NCBI RefSeq assembly: GCF_009914755.1
Contig: NC_060943.1
Direction: 5' to 3' (one strand)
DNA length: 64,000 nt
Origin: the human T2T-CHM13v2.0 reference genome, Homo sapiens
Shown: piece by piece, positions 1-21,376 of the stretch
How the letters are laid out: every line of letters starts with the position of its first letter
Position numbering within the stretch: the stretch's first letter is position 1
Made by a program: the position numbers and the translations under genes
Notes under the pieces: model-generated
What the model saw: only the letters and a program-made list of their open reading frames with translations
Databases searched by the model: none
Told to the model about the DNA's origin: nothing

Positions 1-407
1 CTCCCGGGCTCAAGTGATCCTCCCACCTCAGCCCCCCGAGTAGCTGGGATTACAGGCACGGGCCACCATGCCTGGATATTTTTTGTATTTTTTGTAGGGA
101 TGAGGTTTCCCTATGTTTCCCAGGCTGGTCTTAAACTCCTGGGCTCAAGCAGTCCTCCTGCTTTGGCCTCCCAAGTGCTGGGCTTACAGGCATGAGCCAC
201 TGCGCCCAACCCGCCCTGACTCTTCTCAGACCAGGTATGACCGGTTTCTCCCCTCACACCAGAGGTTCCCCTCAGGCCAGGCTCAGGCGACCCCTAGAAC
301 CTCCTCTTTGGAGACTGCCTTCTCTGCATCTCCCCTATACCCACTCCTGCCCCTCCCTGCCCCCTATGCACACAGAGGAGACAAATACATGGCTACTTCC
401 AGATTAT

Positions 408-413
408 TTTATT
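408..413 (-). terminator. PRX: PRX polyadenylation signal AATAAA
   Basis: tttatt on + strand, about 180 nt past the PRX stop codon. Confidence 0.85.
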
Positions 414-591
414 CACATGGCTTGGTGGGGTACAGGCACTCCTGCCAGAGAGACAGGAGCAGGCCTCCCTGCCAGCCCTGGTCAGTCACCCACCTCCCGG
501 CCCTCTTAGGGTTAGTGCTAGTTATCACACACACAACAGCGAGGGGGTAGAGAAAGGAAGGCAAGAAGGGATCCCCATCTGACTAGGGGCT

Positions 592-4722
<4,131 letters not shown>

Positions 4723-5182
4723 TCATCCCCACTTCTTGCCTGTCATTTCACCATGAGTGCCCAGGAAAGCAGGCAGCCATCTAGGATCTCCAAATGAGTC
4801 AACAGGAGTGTAGGGACGGGGACCCAAGACTTCTAGATCCTGATCCGGGATTTTCCCCAACATCCTCATTCTAGAGATGGGGAAACTGAGGCCCAGGGAG
4901 AGAAACAACTTTGTCCAGGGCCACTCAGCAGTAATTGGGCCAGCACTCAGGCTGGAATCTGGCTTTCCTGGTTCGAAGTAGCCTGGTTCAGGACCCCTAG
5001 CAAGCCTGGATCCGATGGTGGGGACGCCTCTCCGAGGTGGGTGAGGGCCCTGGGCTGGGGTGGGTCTGTCCCCCTTCCCGGGGAAGAGTTTGGGGCAGAG
5101 AGGAAGGGGCAGAGGGTGGAATTAGCTTGGGTTAGTGACAAGACAGAGGGCAAGGCTGGCCCACGATGGCGGGGAATGGGGC

Positions 5183-5245
5183 TCACGGCGCAGAGACCGG
5201 ATCGCTGGGGCAGTCCAGGGCCGGGGCCGGGCTAAGCACGCGTAC
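5183..5245 (-). CDS. PRX: S-periaxin-specific C-terminus ([20 protein letters not shown]) from retained intron 6; 147-aa isoform
   Basis: Frame runs through the GT donor at 5245 to TGA at 5185-5183; 127+20=147 aa, matching S-periaxin. Confidence 0.9.
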   Translation of the reverse strand, partial: VRVLSPAPALDCPSDPVSAP

Positions 5246-5442
5246 CAGCTTGGCCACCTTGGCCCGCGGGCCCTTGATCTCGTAGCCAGACACGGTCCCG
5301 GGCCGCAGAGCCAGGTCCCCGGTGGGCACAGTGCGCTTCAGGCAGAAGGAGACTTTGTAAGGCTCGGCGCATTGCAGCAGGCGTAGTGCGTCCTCGTACT
5401 TGAAGTTCTCGAAGAACACTCGGGCACTCAGCAGCTGGTCCC
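5246..5442 (-). CDS. PRX: PRX exon 6 (C-terminal half of PDZ-like domain, [20 protein letters not shown]...)
   Basis: cag acceptor 5445-5443, CTG|GTACGC donor; 197 nt, phases fit neighbours. Confidence 0.97.
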
Positions 5443-6338
5443 CTGCGGGCGAGGTGGAGGTGCGCAGCACGTGGGCATCTCCCGGCTCCGCCCGGGCCTA
5501 GTTCTGCCCACTTGCACGGAGCCCTCGCGGTGAGGACCCGCCCCAAATTTTAGTTTCTCCAATCCCCAGCGCAGGATTAAGTCGCAGTTACGCTAGTCCC
5601 CGCCCCATGACCTTATCCCCGCCCCCTGCAATGAACAAAGCCGCGCCCACTCAGGCCACGCCCGCACCTTGTCGCTCCCCTACCCATCCTTACGTTTCAG
5701 ATACTGACTTTGCTTCTTTTACCGAGAGAACAGAATCAGAAGGGAACTTCCAGAATCTCCCACACTGTGTGTTCACCCCCTTTCTCCTGCGGCGACTTAC
5801 TCCATTCGCCTTCCTGTTCCTGGGGATGAACTAACCCCACTCCTAGCTCAGGGCAATCTCTCCACCGCCTTCTCAGGGACATCCTCCAGCAATTCTCTCC
5901 TCTTCCCACGTCATCAGTTGTCCTTCTCGTCTACATTATTCCCATCAGCATACAAACATATTATTATTTCTCGCATAAGAAAGGTTGTCATGGCCTCACT
6001 CCCCCGGAGCTCCTGCCCCATTTATCTGTTCACCTTAATAGGCAAAAGGTATTGAGTTCTCCAGTGGCATTGTTACCAGTTCTCCAGTCACACCTCTGAC
6101 CCTGCTTTCCAACACGCACATCTGAACTGCTCCTCTCAAGGTTCCAGGCAGTGACCTCTGTATAGTAAGTCCAAGGGTCAAGTCCCAGGCCTCATCTGCT
6201 TAAACCACTCAGCATCTGATCTAACCTCACTCTCTGTCATATCCTTGCTTCCCTTGGCTTCCAAGGTGCTACACCCTCTGGAGCGTCTCTGGGAGTTCCT
6301 TGTCAGTCTCCATAGATGTTTGCTTTCCCTCTCCCTGA

Positions 6339-9893
<3,555 letters not shown>

Positions 9894-10130
9894 CTAAAAC
9901 ATCCTTTACTCTTCCCAACCCCTCTAAGTGGCTCACTCCACCCTTTTCTCCTGCCCCAACAACAAAAACATTTACTAGCACTCACATAGTTAAGCACTAT
10001 GTGCCACTTAGCTATGTGCTAAGTGTTTTCACATACTGACTCGTTAAATCCTCAATACATAATAACCCCATACTAGAATAAGTCCCATTTCAGAGATGAG
10101 AAAACTGAGGCACAGAAAGATCACAAGCTA

Positions 10131-10532
<402 letters not shown>

Positions 10533-10600
10533 CTAGGGCCGGACCTCGCCTAGAGCCCGCCATTGCGCTCAACAGTGGCTCATATACATATATATGTTTA

Positions 10601-10831
<231 letters not shown>

Positions 10832-11273
10832 TTAAGCAAGCCTGAGGGCAGCTGGCTTTCTAGGACCCGCGGAACGGTTAAACAGCTCCGCGGGCCGGCT
10901 GGCCTCTCCGAGGCCCTGGAGCGGCAGCCGAAAGGGGTTAGGGGAGGAGACGGGGTTGTAAGGGGAGGGACTGCGTCGGAGTGGGCTGGAGATAACTTGA
11001 GTTGTGATTGAGAGGCGGGACCAGGATCGTGGGGGCGTGGTCAGGTCGGGAGGGCGGGGCTGGGGGGGGGGTTGGTGCGGGTAGGAGGGGTAAGACAACA
11101 CAGGCCTGAGAGGAAGAGCCAAATGGGGTATAGAAGGGTGCAAAAGATAGGAGAGGAATGTGGCCAGAGTTTATGGGAGGTTATTTGGAGCTGGGGCGGA
11201 GACCCTTATTATTTTTTTGTTGGGGGAGACAGGGTCTCTCACTCTGTCCCCAGGCTTGAGTGCAGTGGTGTGA

Positions 11274-11534
<261 letters not shown>

Positions 11535-12579
11535 TGAATTTAACTATGGGGGAGGGGCTTTAATTACAGCAGAACAAGAGAATAGTTGAGGATGGGATTC
11601 TGAGGAAGGGGCTGGCTGGACCTTCAAGCCCTCTGGGATTGGGGGGACAGGGAGTGGGATTTGCCTCCCTGCAGGCTTGAATGTGTGTGAGAATGTGCTC
11701 TATTGTAAATTCAATGACCCGAAGACCTGTGAAACGCCCACAGGAGAGGGAATCCAGTGAAGGGGGTCTGCGTGGGTAATGAATGGGACTGGGAGACATG
11801 GCATTCCCGGTATTTACTGTAAATGATGCAGATTGGACCTGGCCCAGAAGCCACTATGGGATTCACAATAGGGCTTCCCAGAAGAGGCAGTGACAAACCT
11901 GGATCCTGTCTAGGAATCCAATCTGCTGTGTGTCTTAGGAAGAATCTTGCCCTCTCTGGACCCACTTCCCTGCTGCAAAATAGGGTAACATAGGCATACT
12001 GGAAGGAGGTTGCAGTAGGGATCTGAGAGGACACTGTCATGGCCAACGCACTGGGGCCAGCACGGACTGGAATTGAGCCCAGGACTTGGAGGGAGAGCAG
12101 GTCTAGGCCAGATGCCCCACAGCAGTGGCCCCAAGGGACTAGGGGGCTGAGCAGGGCAGTCTGGGTAAGGAGAGTTGTGGCTGGGACTGTAGGGAACAGC
12201 ATGACCACCAGTACCGCCCTTTGGCTCAGCAGGCCCTGGGCTCAGCATTTTATGTGCAGAATCTCTTTTTTTTTTTTTTTTTTTGAGGCGGAGTCTCGCT
12301 CTGTCACCCAGGCTGGGAGTGCAGTGGCACAATCTTGGCTCACTGCAACCTCCACCTCCCGGGTCAAGCGATTCTCCTGCCTCAGCCTCCCGAGTAGCTG
12401 GGATTACAGGTGCACGCCACCACGCCCAGCTAATTTTTGTATTCTTAGTAGAGATAGAGTTTCACCATGTTGGCCAGGATGGTCTCGATCTCTTGACTTC
12501 ATGATCCACCCGCCTCAGCCTCCCAGAGTGCTGAGATGACAGGCATGAGCCACCGCGCCCGGCCTCTTTTTTTTTTTTA

Positions 12580-12937
<358 letters not shown>

Positions 12938-13104
12938 TCAAGGGATCCTCTGGCCTCAGCCTCCCAGAGTGTTGGGATTACAGGTGTGAGCCATCGAATG
13001 CAGTCTGCAGGATCTCATTTCATCCTCTCCCTATAGCCTTGGGCAGTCACAGAGGAGGACACTAAGGCCCAGAGAGGTAAAGTGACTTGCCTAATGCCCT
13101 GTAG

Positions 13105-13635
<531 letters not shown>

Positions 13636-13836
13636 TGATCCGCCCGCCTTGGCCTCCCGAAGTGCTGGGATTATAGGTGTGAGCCACTGCGCCCAGCCCC
13701 ATTACCTCCATTTCAGTGGGAAACTGAGGCTGAAAGAGGTGAGATCATCTGCCCAGGGCCACACAGCTGAAGTGGTAGGGTTGGGATTTGAGCCATGGGT
13801 CCAAGCCCATGTCCTTAACTCCTACATTATATGCCC

Positions 13837-13878
<42 letters not shown>

Positions 13879-14528
13879 AGACAGGGTCTTTTTTTTTTTT
13901 TCTTTGTTTTTCTCATTTATTCTTTCCACACAGGAGACTTAATGAGACAGGATCTTGCTCTTTCACCCAGGCTGGCGTGCAGTGGTTCAATCATATCTCA
14001 CTGCAACCTCAACCTCCTGGGTTCAGGTGATCCTCCCACCTCAGCCTCCTGAGTAGCTGGGACTACAGGAATGCACCACCAAACCCGGCTCATTTTTTTT
14101 TCCGGTAGAGACAGGGTCTTCCTATGTTGCCCAGGCTTGTCTCAAACTCCTAGGCTTTAGCGATCCTCCTGCCTCGGCCTCCCAAAGTGCTGGAATTCCA
14201 GGCCTGCGCCACTGCACCTGGCATATGCTGCCTCTTCTGATGAAGGGTTTCTGCCGGATTTTCTTCAGCTCCTTATTAATTTAGCTCCTTTGTGCGCCAG
14301 TGATTTCACTGCCTTGAGTCTTAGCCTGTGCCAGATGCTGCACTAAGGACATTACATATGTTAATTTTCTTCTCCTCACAGTGACCCATAAAATAGACCC
14401 TGTTATTATTTCCATTTCACAGATGGAGAGAATGAGGCACAGAGAGGCCAGAAAGTGTCTCCTTGCTGCCCTAGTCTGTGCCTCCCCATTGCCCTCAAGT
14501 GCGCCTTGCAGGACACGTGGGCACTCAC

Positions 14529-14555
14529 CTCGGCACTCCGGCTCCTGGCCTCCAT
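14529..14555 (-). CDS. PRX: PRX exon 4 coding part, canonical start MEARSRSAE (whole exon 14529-14654)
   Basis: gccATGG Kozak at 14555; GAG|GTGAGT donor; cccacag acceptor before 14654. Confidence 0.96.
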
Positions 14556-14780
14556 GGCGTTGCTGGGAGGCACCTGCACCCCAGGCTCCTGTGTCCTCTC
14601 CCCTTTCTGCTGCAGAACCAGCTTCAGTTCTGCATGGAGCAGCTGCCTCTGAGCCTGTGGGAGGACAGCAGTGGAGGCTTGAGGCCAGTAGGGGACGAGA
14701 GGTGGAGGCCATGCTTACAGGGAGAAAGCAGGGTGGGTATTAGAAGGGGAGAAGGGCCCCCACCCCAGCTGTCCTCTCAC

Positions 14781-14879
14781 CGCTGCCTGGGTGCAGGCAC
14801 TTCCTCCTAACAGGAGCCCAGCCCGAGGTGCCGCACAGCTGTCTGCAGGGCTCACGCCCTTCCGTGGGGTTCTTGCTGC
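14781..14879 (-). other. PRX: PRX exon 3 (5' UTR in canonical isoform; 99 nt, phase 0-0)
   Basis: ctttccctggcag acceptor, GCG|GTGAGA donor. Confidence 0.85.
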
Positions 14880-14962
14880 CTGCCAGGGAAAGGCCAGGAT
14901 GTGAAGCTCCAGGCAGGCGAGGAAGGGGTGGGGAGGGGCATATGGCACCAGCCTGCGCTCAC

Positions 14963-15006
14963 CTGAGGGTCACCTCCAGCTCCTTGGGCCTCCTGGGTCC
15001 GGCGCT
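14963..15006 (-). other. PRX: PRX exon 2 (5' UTR in canonical isoform; 44 nt)
   Basis: ttcttcttag acceptor, CAG|GTGAGC donor. Confidence 0.85.
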
Positions 15007-15384
15007 CTAAGAAGAATAATGTGAGCAGTGTTATTGGCTAACAGCCACCGATGACTTCCTGAGTGCCTGACCCTGCTGCGTTCTGCTGATACCCTATCCC
15101 CGTCGTGCAGGTGGGAAACTGAGCCTCAGAAGACCTTTACCCAGGATGACTCAGCTGGACAACACACGGTAAAGCCAAAACTGACTCCGAGGCCTGTCTG
15201 GCAGCAGAGCCCCCGTGCCAAAGATCTTGGCCAACTGAGGGGGCCAAATTCACTAAAAAATAATTGCTATTTGAGACAGGGTCTAGCTCTATTGCCCAGG
15301 CTGGAGTGCAGTGGTGCAATCACGGCACACTGCTGCCTCGGTCTCTGGGCTCAGGCGATCCTCCCACCTTGGCCTCCCGAGTAG

Positions 15385-15798
<414 letters not shown>

Positions 15799-16076
15799 TA
15801 ATTTGTAGAGATGGAGTCTCCCTAGGTTGCCCAAACTGAGCTCCAACTCCTGGGCTCATGCTATCCTCCTGCCTCAGCCTCTTGATGCTATAAAATAATT
15901 ATAGCCACTCCCATGTACTCCCAGTGAGCAAATCACAGCTCCTCTCTGTGCTTCAGTTATGTTGTCTATAAAATGTGGAGAATAAGAGCTTTTACCTCGC
16001 AGGGCTGTTCCGAGGCTCAAATGAGTTAATAAGTGTAAAGTGCCAGGCACCTGGCAGGTGCTTTATAAATACTTGC

Positions 16077-16122
<46 letters not shown>

Positions 16123-16944
16123 TTGAGACAGAGTCTCGCTCTGTTGTCCAAGCTGGAGTGAAGTGGTGCGAATTCGGCTTACTACAACCTCTGCCTCCTG
16201 GGTTCAAGTGATTCTCCTGCCTCAGCCTCCCAAGTAGCTGGGATTACAGGTGCCCACCACCACGCCTGGCTACTTTTTGTATTTTTAGTAGAGATGGGGT
16301 TTCACCATGTTGGCAGGCTGGTCTGGAACTCCTGACCTCAGGTGATCCACCTGCCTCAGCCTCCCAAAGTGCTGGGATTACAGGCATGAGCCACTGCACC
16401 TGTCAGGCCATTATTATTACTAAGAACTTCCTATGGCCCTGACCTTGTGTCGAGCGCCCCACATGCTCCACTGCACATGGCCCTCAGCACAGCCTTGTGC
16501 AATCAGCTACTACTGAGCCCATTACAGAGGAGACACCTGAGGCTGGGGGAAGGGATGTCACTAGCCCAGGTCACAAATGGTCGAGCCAGGACTTGAATTT
16601 GTCTGAAGGCTCCAGCCCTTTATCTGGGTAGTAATAATACCTGATGGGTACTGAGTGATTAGTATTTGCTGGCCCCCGTGCTAAGACCTTCACCTTCTAC
16701 TTCACCTCGGAAAACCCCATTTCCTGAGAGGCCAAAAGAACTTGCTCAAGGCCTCATAGCACAGCCAGAAGGAGGCAAAGCTGAAATTCACATGCAGCCA
16801 CCCGCCAGGCCCATCTGGGGAAATGGAGATGAATACTCTCTCCCCCAACCCCCGACTCTGGGCTTGTCCTCACAGCCCCCACCTGGCATGCCAACCCGCC
16901 AACCCCTATTGCACAGGGAAAGGTCAGGCCTCACGCGGCACATT

Positions 16945-17030
16945 CCCTCACACAATGGCCCGTCTGCTGTGCTCAGTTGCATTCCGCCCCTGCCCACCCA
17001 CCCTGGCCACACAATGGCCTTTCATAGCCC
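16945..17030. promoter_or_regulatory. Candidate SOX10/EGR2 enhancer in PRX intron 1
   Basis: CACACAATGGCC twice (16949-16960, 17008-17019) around ccgcccc and tgcccaccca. Confidence 0.55.
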
Positions 17031-19049
17031 ATCAGTGGCCAGGAGAGAGGACATGGGGACCCCTTAACACTCCCACAGCACCCACGCCCCCCACAGTGTA
17101 AGAGGGCTTCTCTCTGCATCTCCTAGGGGGTCCTGGTCTCTGTGGCCTTCCCTGGGATCCCCTGTGAGCCCCCTACACCTTCCAGGCTGTGCCAGGACTT
17201 GAACTTGTCTAAAAACTCCAGCACGGGCTGGGCGCGTGGCTTAGGCCTGTAATCCCAACACTTTAGGAGGCCGAGGTGGGTGGATCACGAGGTCAGGGGT
17301 TCGAGACCAGTCTGGCCAATATGGTGAAACCCCGTTTCTACTAAAAATACTAAAATTAGCCAGGCGTGGCAGCGCGCGCCTGTAATCCCAGCTACTCGGG
17401 AGGCTGAGGCAGGAGAATCGCTTCAGCCTGGGAAGCGGAGGTTGTGGTGAGCTGAGAATGCACCACTGCACTCCAGCCTGTGCGATAGAGCGAGACTCCA
17501 TCTCAAAAAAATAAAAATAAAAATAAAAAAAGCTCCAGCGCTTTAGCTGGACAATCATAATAACAACTGATGGGTATTGAGTGGTTAGTATTAATATTAG
17601 CTGGTCCCTGCACTAAGACCTTGTCTGCCATGTCTGGGGCATTTCCTCTGAATTGGGCCCTGTGCTAGCACCCACAGGCCTCAAAATCACCCTAGATGTT
17701 GTGGCTGTTATGGGGTGGAAACTGAGGCTCACAGAGGGGTCACCCAGCCAGAAAGGGGCAGAGCTAGGACCCGTGCCTGCCCTTCACCCCTGCTTCACCT
17801 TAATTTGCATTGGTGGCTCTGCGCACTGGGGCAGGAGCTGGGTTGGGCAGGAGGGGGCCAACGGTGCTAGAAACACACCCAGGCCAGGTGCCGGGCCTGG
17901 ACCGGGCAGGCGCTTTACATACTTGACCTTGTGGGACCCCATTTAACTGATGAGTCAATGAGAGTTAAGAGACCGGTGATCACAGTGACAGAGTCGAGAC
18001 TTGAGCCCAGGTGTGAAAGCGAACTCAGTTCCCTTACCCAGGACTGATACACAGCACAGAGTCCTGAGCTGGGGACACGAGAAGCCTGAACCTTGTAGGT
18101 GGTAGTAGAGGGGGTCTCCTGGGTCATCAGCTCTCTGTCCCAGGCCCGTGGCTGTGAGGGTCATGCCCGGAGCCTGGCACAGGAAGTTCAGGCGGGGCAG
18201 GGACAAGAGAGAGTGCCCTCCTTCTTCGTCCCTGCCTGGACAGGCACCCAGCCCAGGTTATATTTAGCCCAACTGTGCTCTTCCTGAGCCACGTACCCAG
18301 CCCCTGGGGTAAGGTGGGGGCAGCTTCGGAAGGAAACCCACAGAGAGGACTCTGTGTTCCCAGCTCTGCCTATCCCACTAGGCAGGGGAAAGAGGGGTGG
18401 GGAGGCTCCTGGGGAGGGTCCCTGCCTTGTGTTAGAGGCAGATCCACTGGGACCAGGCAGACACTCCAGATGCCAGCAGCCTATTTCTTGGGTAGTTACT
18501 GTGGCATGACCCTGGCATATGCCAGAACTTTCAGAATCCCCAGGGTCCCCATTTCTTGAGCACCTACTGTGTGCTAAGATCCTTCCTGTCTTGGCTCCTT
18601 AAATCTTTGTAACATCTCCCTGGAGTGGGTACAACTGAGATATCCATTTCAGATGCGACTTATGCCCTTCAGAGCAGCTGGGAGCGAGGGGTTGTCATTC
18701 GGAGGCTGCTGAGGGATCGGCTGAGGGCATTGCCCTTCTGGCCCTCTTTCCCTGGTGACTGCCACCAACTTCACTTGGGAACCCTGCCTGCTCAGAGCCT
18801 CAGCTTTCCCCCGCCACCAGCGTGATCTCTCATAGCAATGGGGGTCAGGGGTTGGGCTGACTCATCCAGACCTCTAAACATTATCTGAGGCTACCTAGGG
18901 GGTCAGGGGGAGTTAAGGCAGTGGCCTCTGGCTGCCTCGGTTAGTCCCTGCTCCAGCACTTCCCAGGTGTGAGGACTTGGGCAAGATCCTTCATCTCTGG
19001 GGCCTCAGTTTCTCCATCTGTAAAATGGAGCCAATAAGAAAGGCTTTGA

Positions 19050-19593
<544 letters not shown>

Positions 19594-19971
19594 TAAGCAG
19601 TCCTGCCGCCTCAGCCTCCCAAAGTGCTGGGATTATAGGCATGAGCCACCATGCCTGGCTGCCCTAGCTCTTTAAAAGCAGCAACTCATTTACTCGGCAC
19701 CAGCCCTGTGAGGTGGCCTCCAGACATCAGCCCATTTTAGAGATGGGGAAACAGAGGCACAAAGGATGAAGTATCTTGCCCAAGGCTGCACAGCCAGAAA
19801 GGAGAGGAAAGGGGATTTGAACCACCAGCTCCAAAGTCTATACCTTTAACACCTACACCACACGGCTTCCTGAGCCCCCAGGCCCCCTCCCAGCACCTCC
19901 CGGGACCCTGAACCTCATTCCCACAGTGTCTCAGCCTGGCCAGGGAAGGGACCGGCCGGCTGATCTCTTAC

Positions 19972-20010
19972 CGCTGAGCCTCCAGACACCTCGAGAGCTC
20001 CTGGTCCCGT
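19972..20010 (-). other. PRX: PRX canonical non-coding exon 1 (5' end approximate)
   Basis: GCG|GTAAGA donor at 19972/19971 just downstream of a CCAAT/EGR/CRE cluster. Confidence 0.75.
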
Positions 20011-20074
20011 CTGTCAGCCCTAGCCCTAGGCTGGGGGGGAAAAGGAATGGGGAGGGGGGAGGAGAGAGAGACCC

Positions 20075-20104
20075 CAGCCATTGGCTGCGGGGGTGTGACG
20101 TCAC
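20075..20104 (-). promoter_or_regulatory. PRX: PRX proximal promoter: CCAAT box, EGR-like GCGGGGGTG, perfect CRE TGACGTCA
   Basis: attgg 20080-20084, gcgggggtg 20087-20095, gtgacgtcac 20095-20104. Confidence 0.7.
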
Positions 20105-21333
20105 CAGAGGGTGGGTGGTGGAGAAACAAACATCCCCCTCCTCCAGCTACATCTATCCCCAAGGGGTGGGGGCCACGGGACAGCCACCAGCCGCCTCTCT
20201 CTTGCCTGGGCCGAGATCTCTGCCATGAGCTCAGCTTCAAGGATTTGCACGTTGGCTTCCTCGACTTGGAGAATCAGGACCCCACCCCAGCCCCACTGTT
20301 TCCTGGCTCCAGGACCCGGGCCTGGCCAACTGCCTCTACTGTAAACTCCTTTCACTCCCTCTCCCTGTCAACTTGGGTTCAAATCGCAGCGCGACCACTT
20401 CCTCGCTGGGTGACCTGCTGCCAGTCACAGCTTCTCTTTGCGGATAGTAAGAGTACCCACCTTATGGGGCTGTGGTGAAGATTAAACGAGTTAAAAGAGA
20501 CTGAAAATGTAAGACAATGCCGGGCACATAATGAGGGTTACTAATAAGTATTTGGTATTATTTTTCACACAAATTAGGTGGCTGGCTCATCTTGCTGGGG
20601 GGTTTTGGCCCCTTTTCAGTAAGGCTGGGCACAGGGGACCCCCAGTTCTCTGTCTAATGGAGTTACTGTTTAGGGGGACACCTATCACATACTAAGTACC
20701 ATGCTCAGTGCTGAAGCCCTGCTTTTGAATCAAGGGTGTAAAATGGGCTCCTTATGCTCCCCACCCTTTTTTTTGAGACAAGGTCTCACTCTGTTGCCCA
20801 GGCTGGAGTGCAGTGGTGTGATCATGGCTCACTGCAGCCTCCACCTCCTGGGCTCAAGCAATCCTCCCGACTGAGCCCCCTCAAATAGCTGGGACCACAG
20901 GTATGCATCATCATGCCCAGCTAATTTTTGTATTTTTTGTAATGGCAAAGTTTCACCATGTTGCCCAGGCTGGTCTCGAACTCCTGGGCTCAAGCGATCT
21001 TCCCACTTCGGCCTCCCAAAGTTCTGGGATTACAGGCGTGAGCCACCGCGTCCAGCTATGCCCAATTTATAGCTATGTGGCCAGGAGGTGGTGAAGCTGA
21101 GGTCCAACCCCTGTTCTCCTGGACCACAAAAACCCTGCTACACTCTTCTGCCCCTTCCACTTTGCAGACCAGAAGGCTCAGAGAAGGTAAGTGACTCTCC
21201 CAATATCACCATAGCAGGTCATTGGCAGGGGTCCAGAGTTGAACCCAGACCTGCCCGACTCCCAAGCCAAAGCTACCAGGCCTCACCCCCAACCCCTGGA
21301 CCCTGGTCCAGCCCCCAGCCTGCCCTGACTCAC

Positions 21334-21376
21334 CAGACCCCGGGGGGCGGCACAGGGAGCACAGGTACCCCCACAT
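21334..21376 (-). CDS. PRX: Putative alternative coding first exon of PRX (MWGYLCSLCRPPGS), giving a +95-aa isoform
   Basis: ATG 21376 with G at -3; CTG|GTGAGT donor after 43 nt (phase 1) matches the phase of exon 2; exons 2-4 stop-free in frame. Confidence 0.7.

Noticed and set aside
19968-20081. ATG at 20081 as an upstream PRX start
   Set aside because: Out of frame with periaxin (stops in exon 2 after splicing) and lies within the CCAAT box, probably upstream of the TSS
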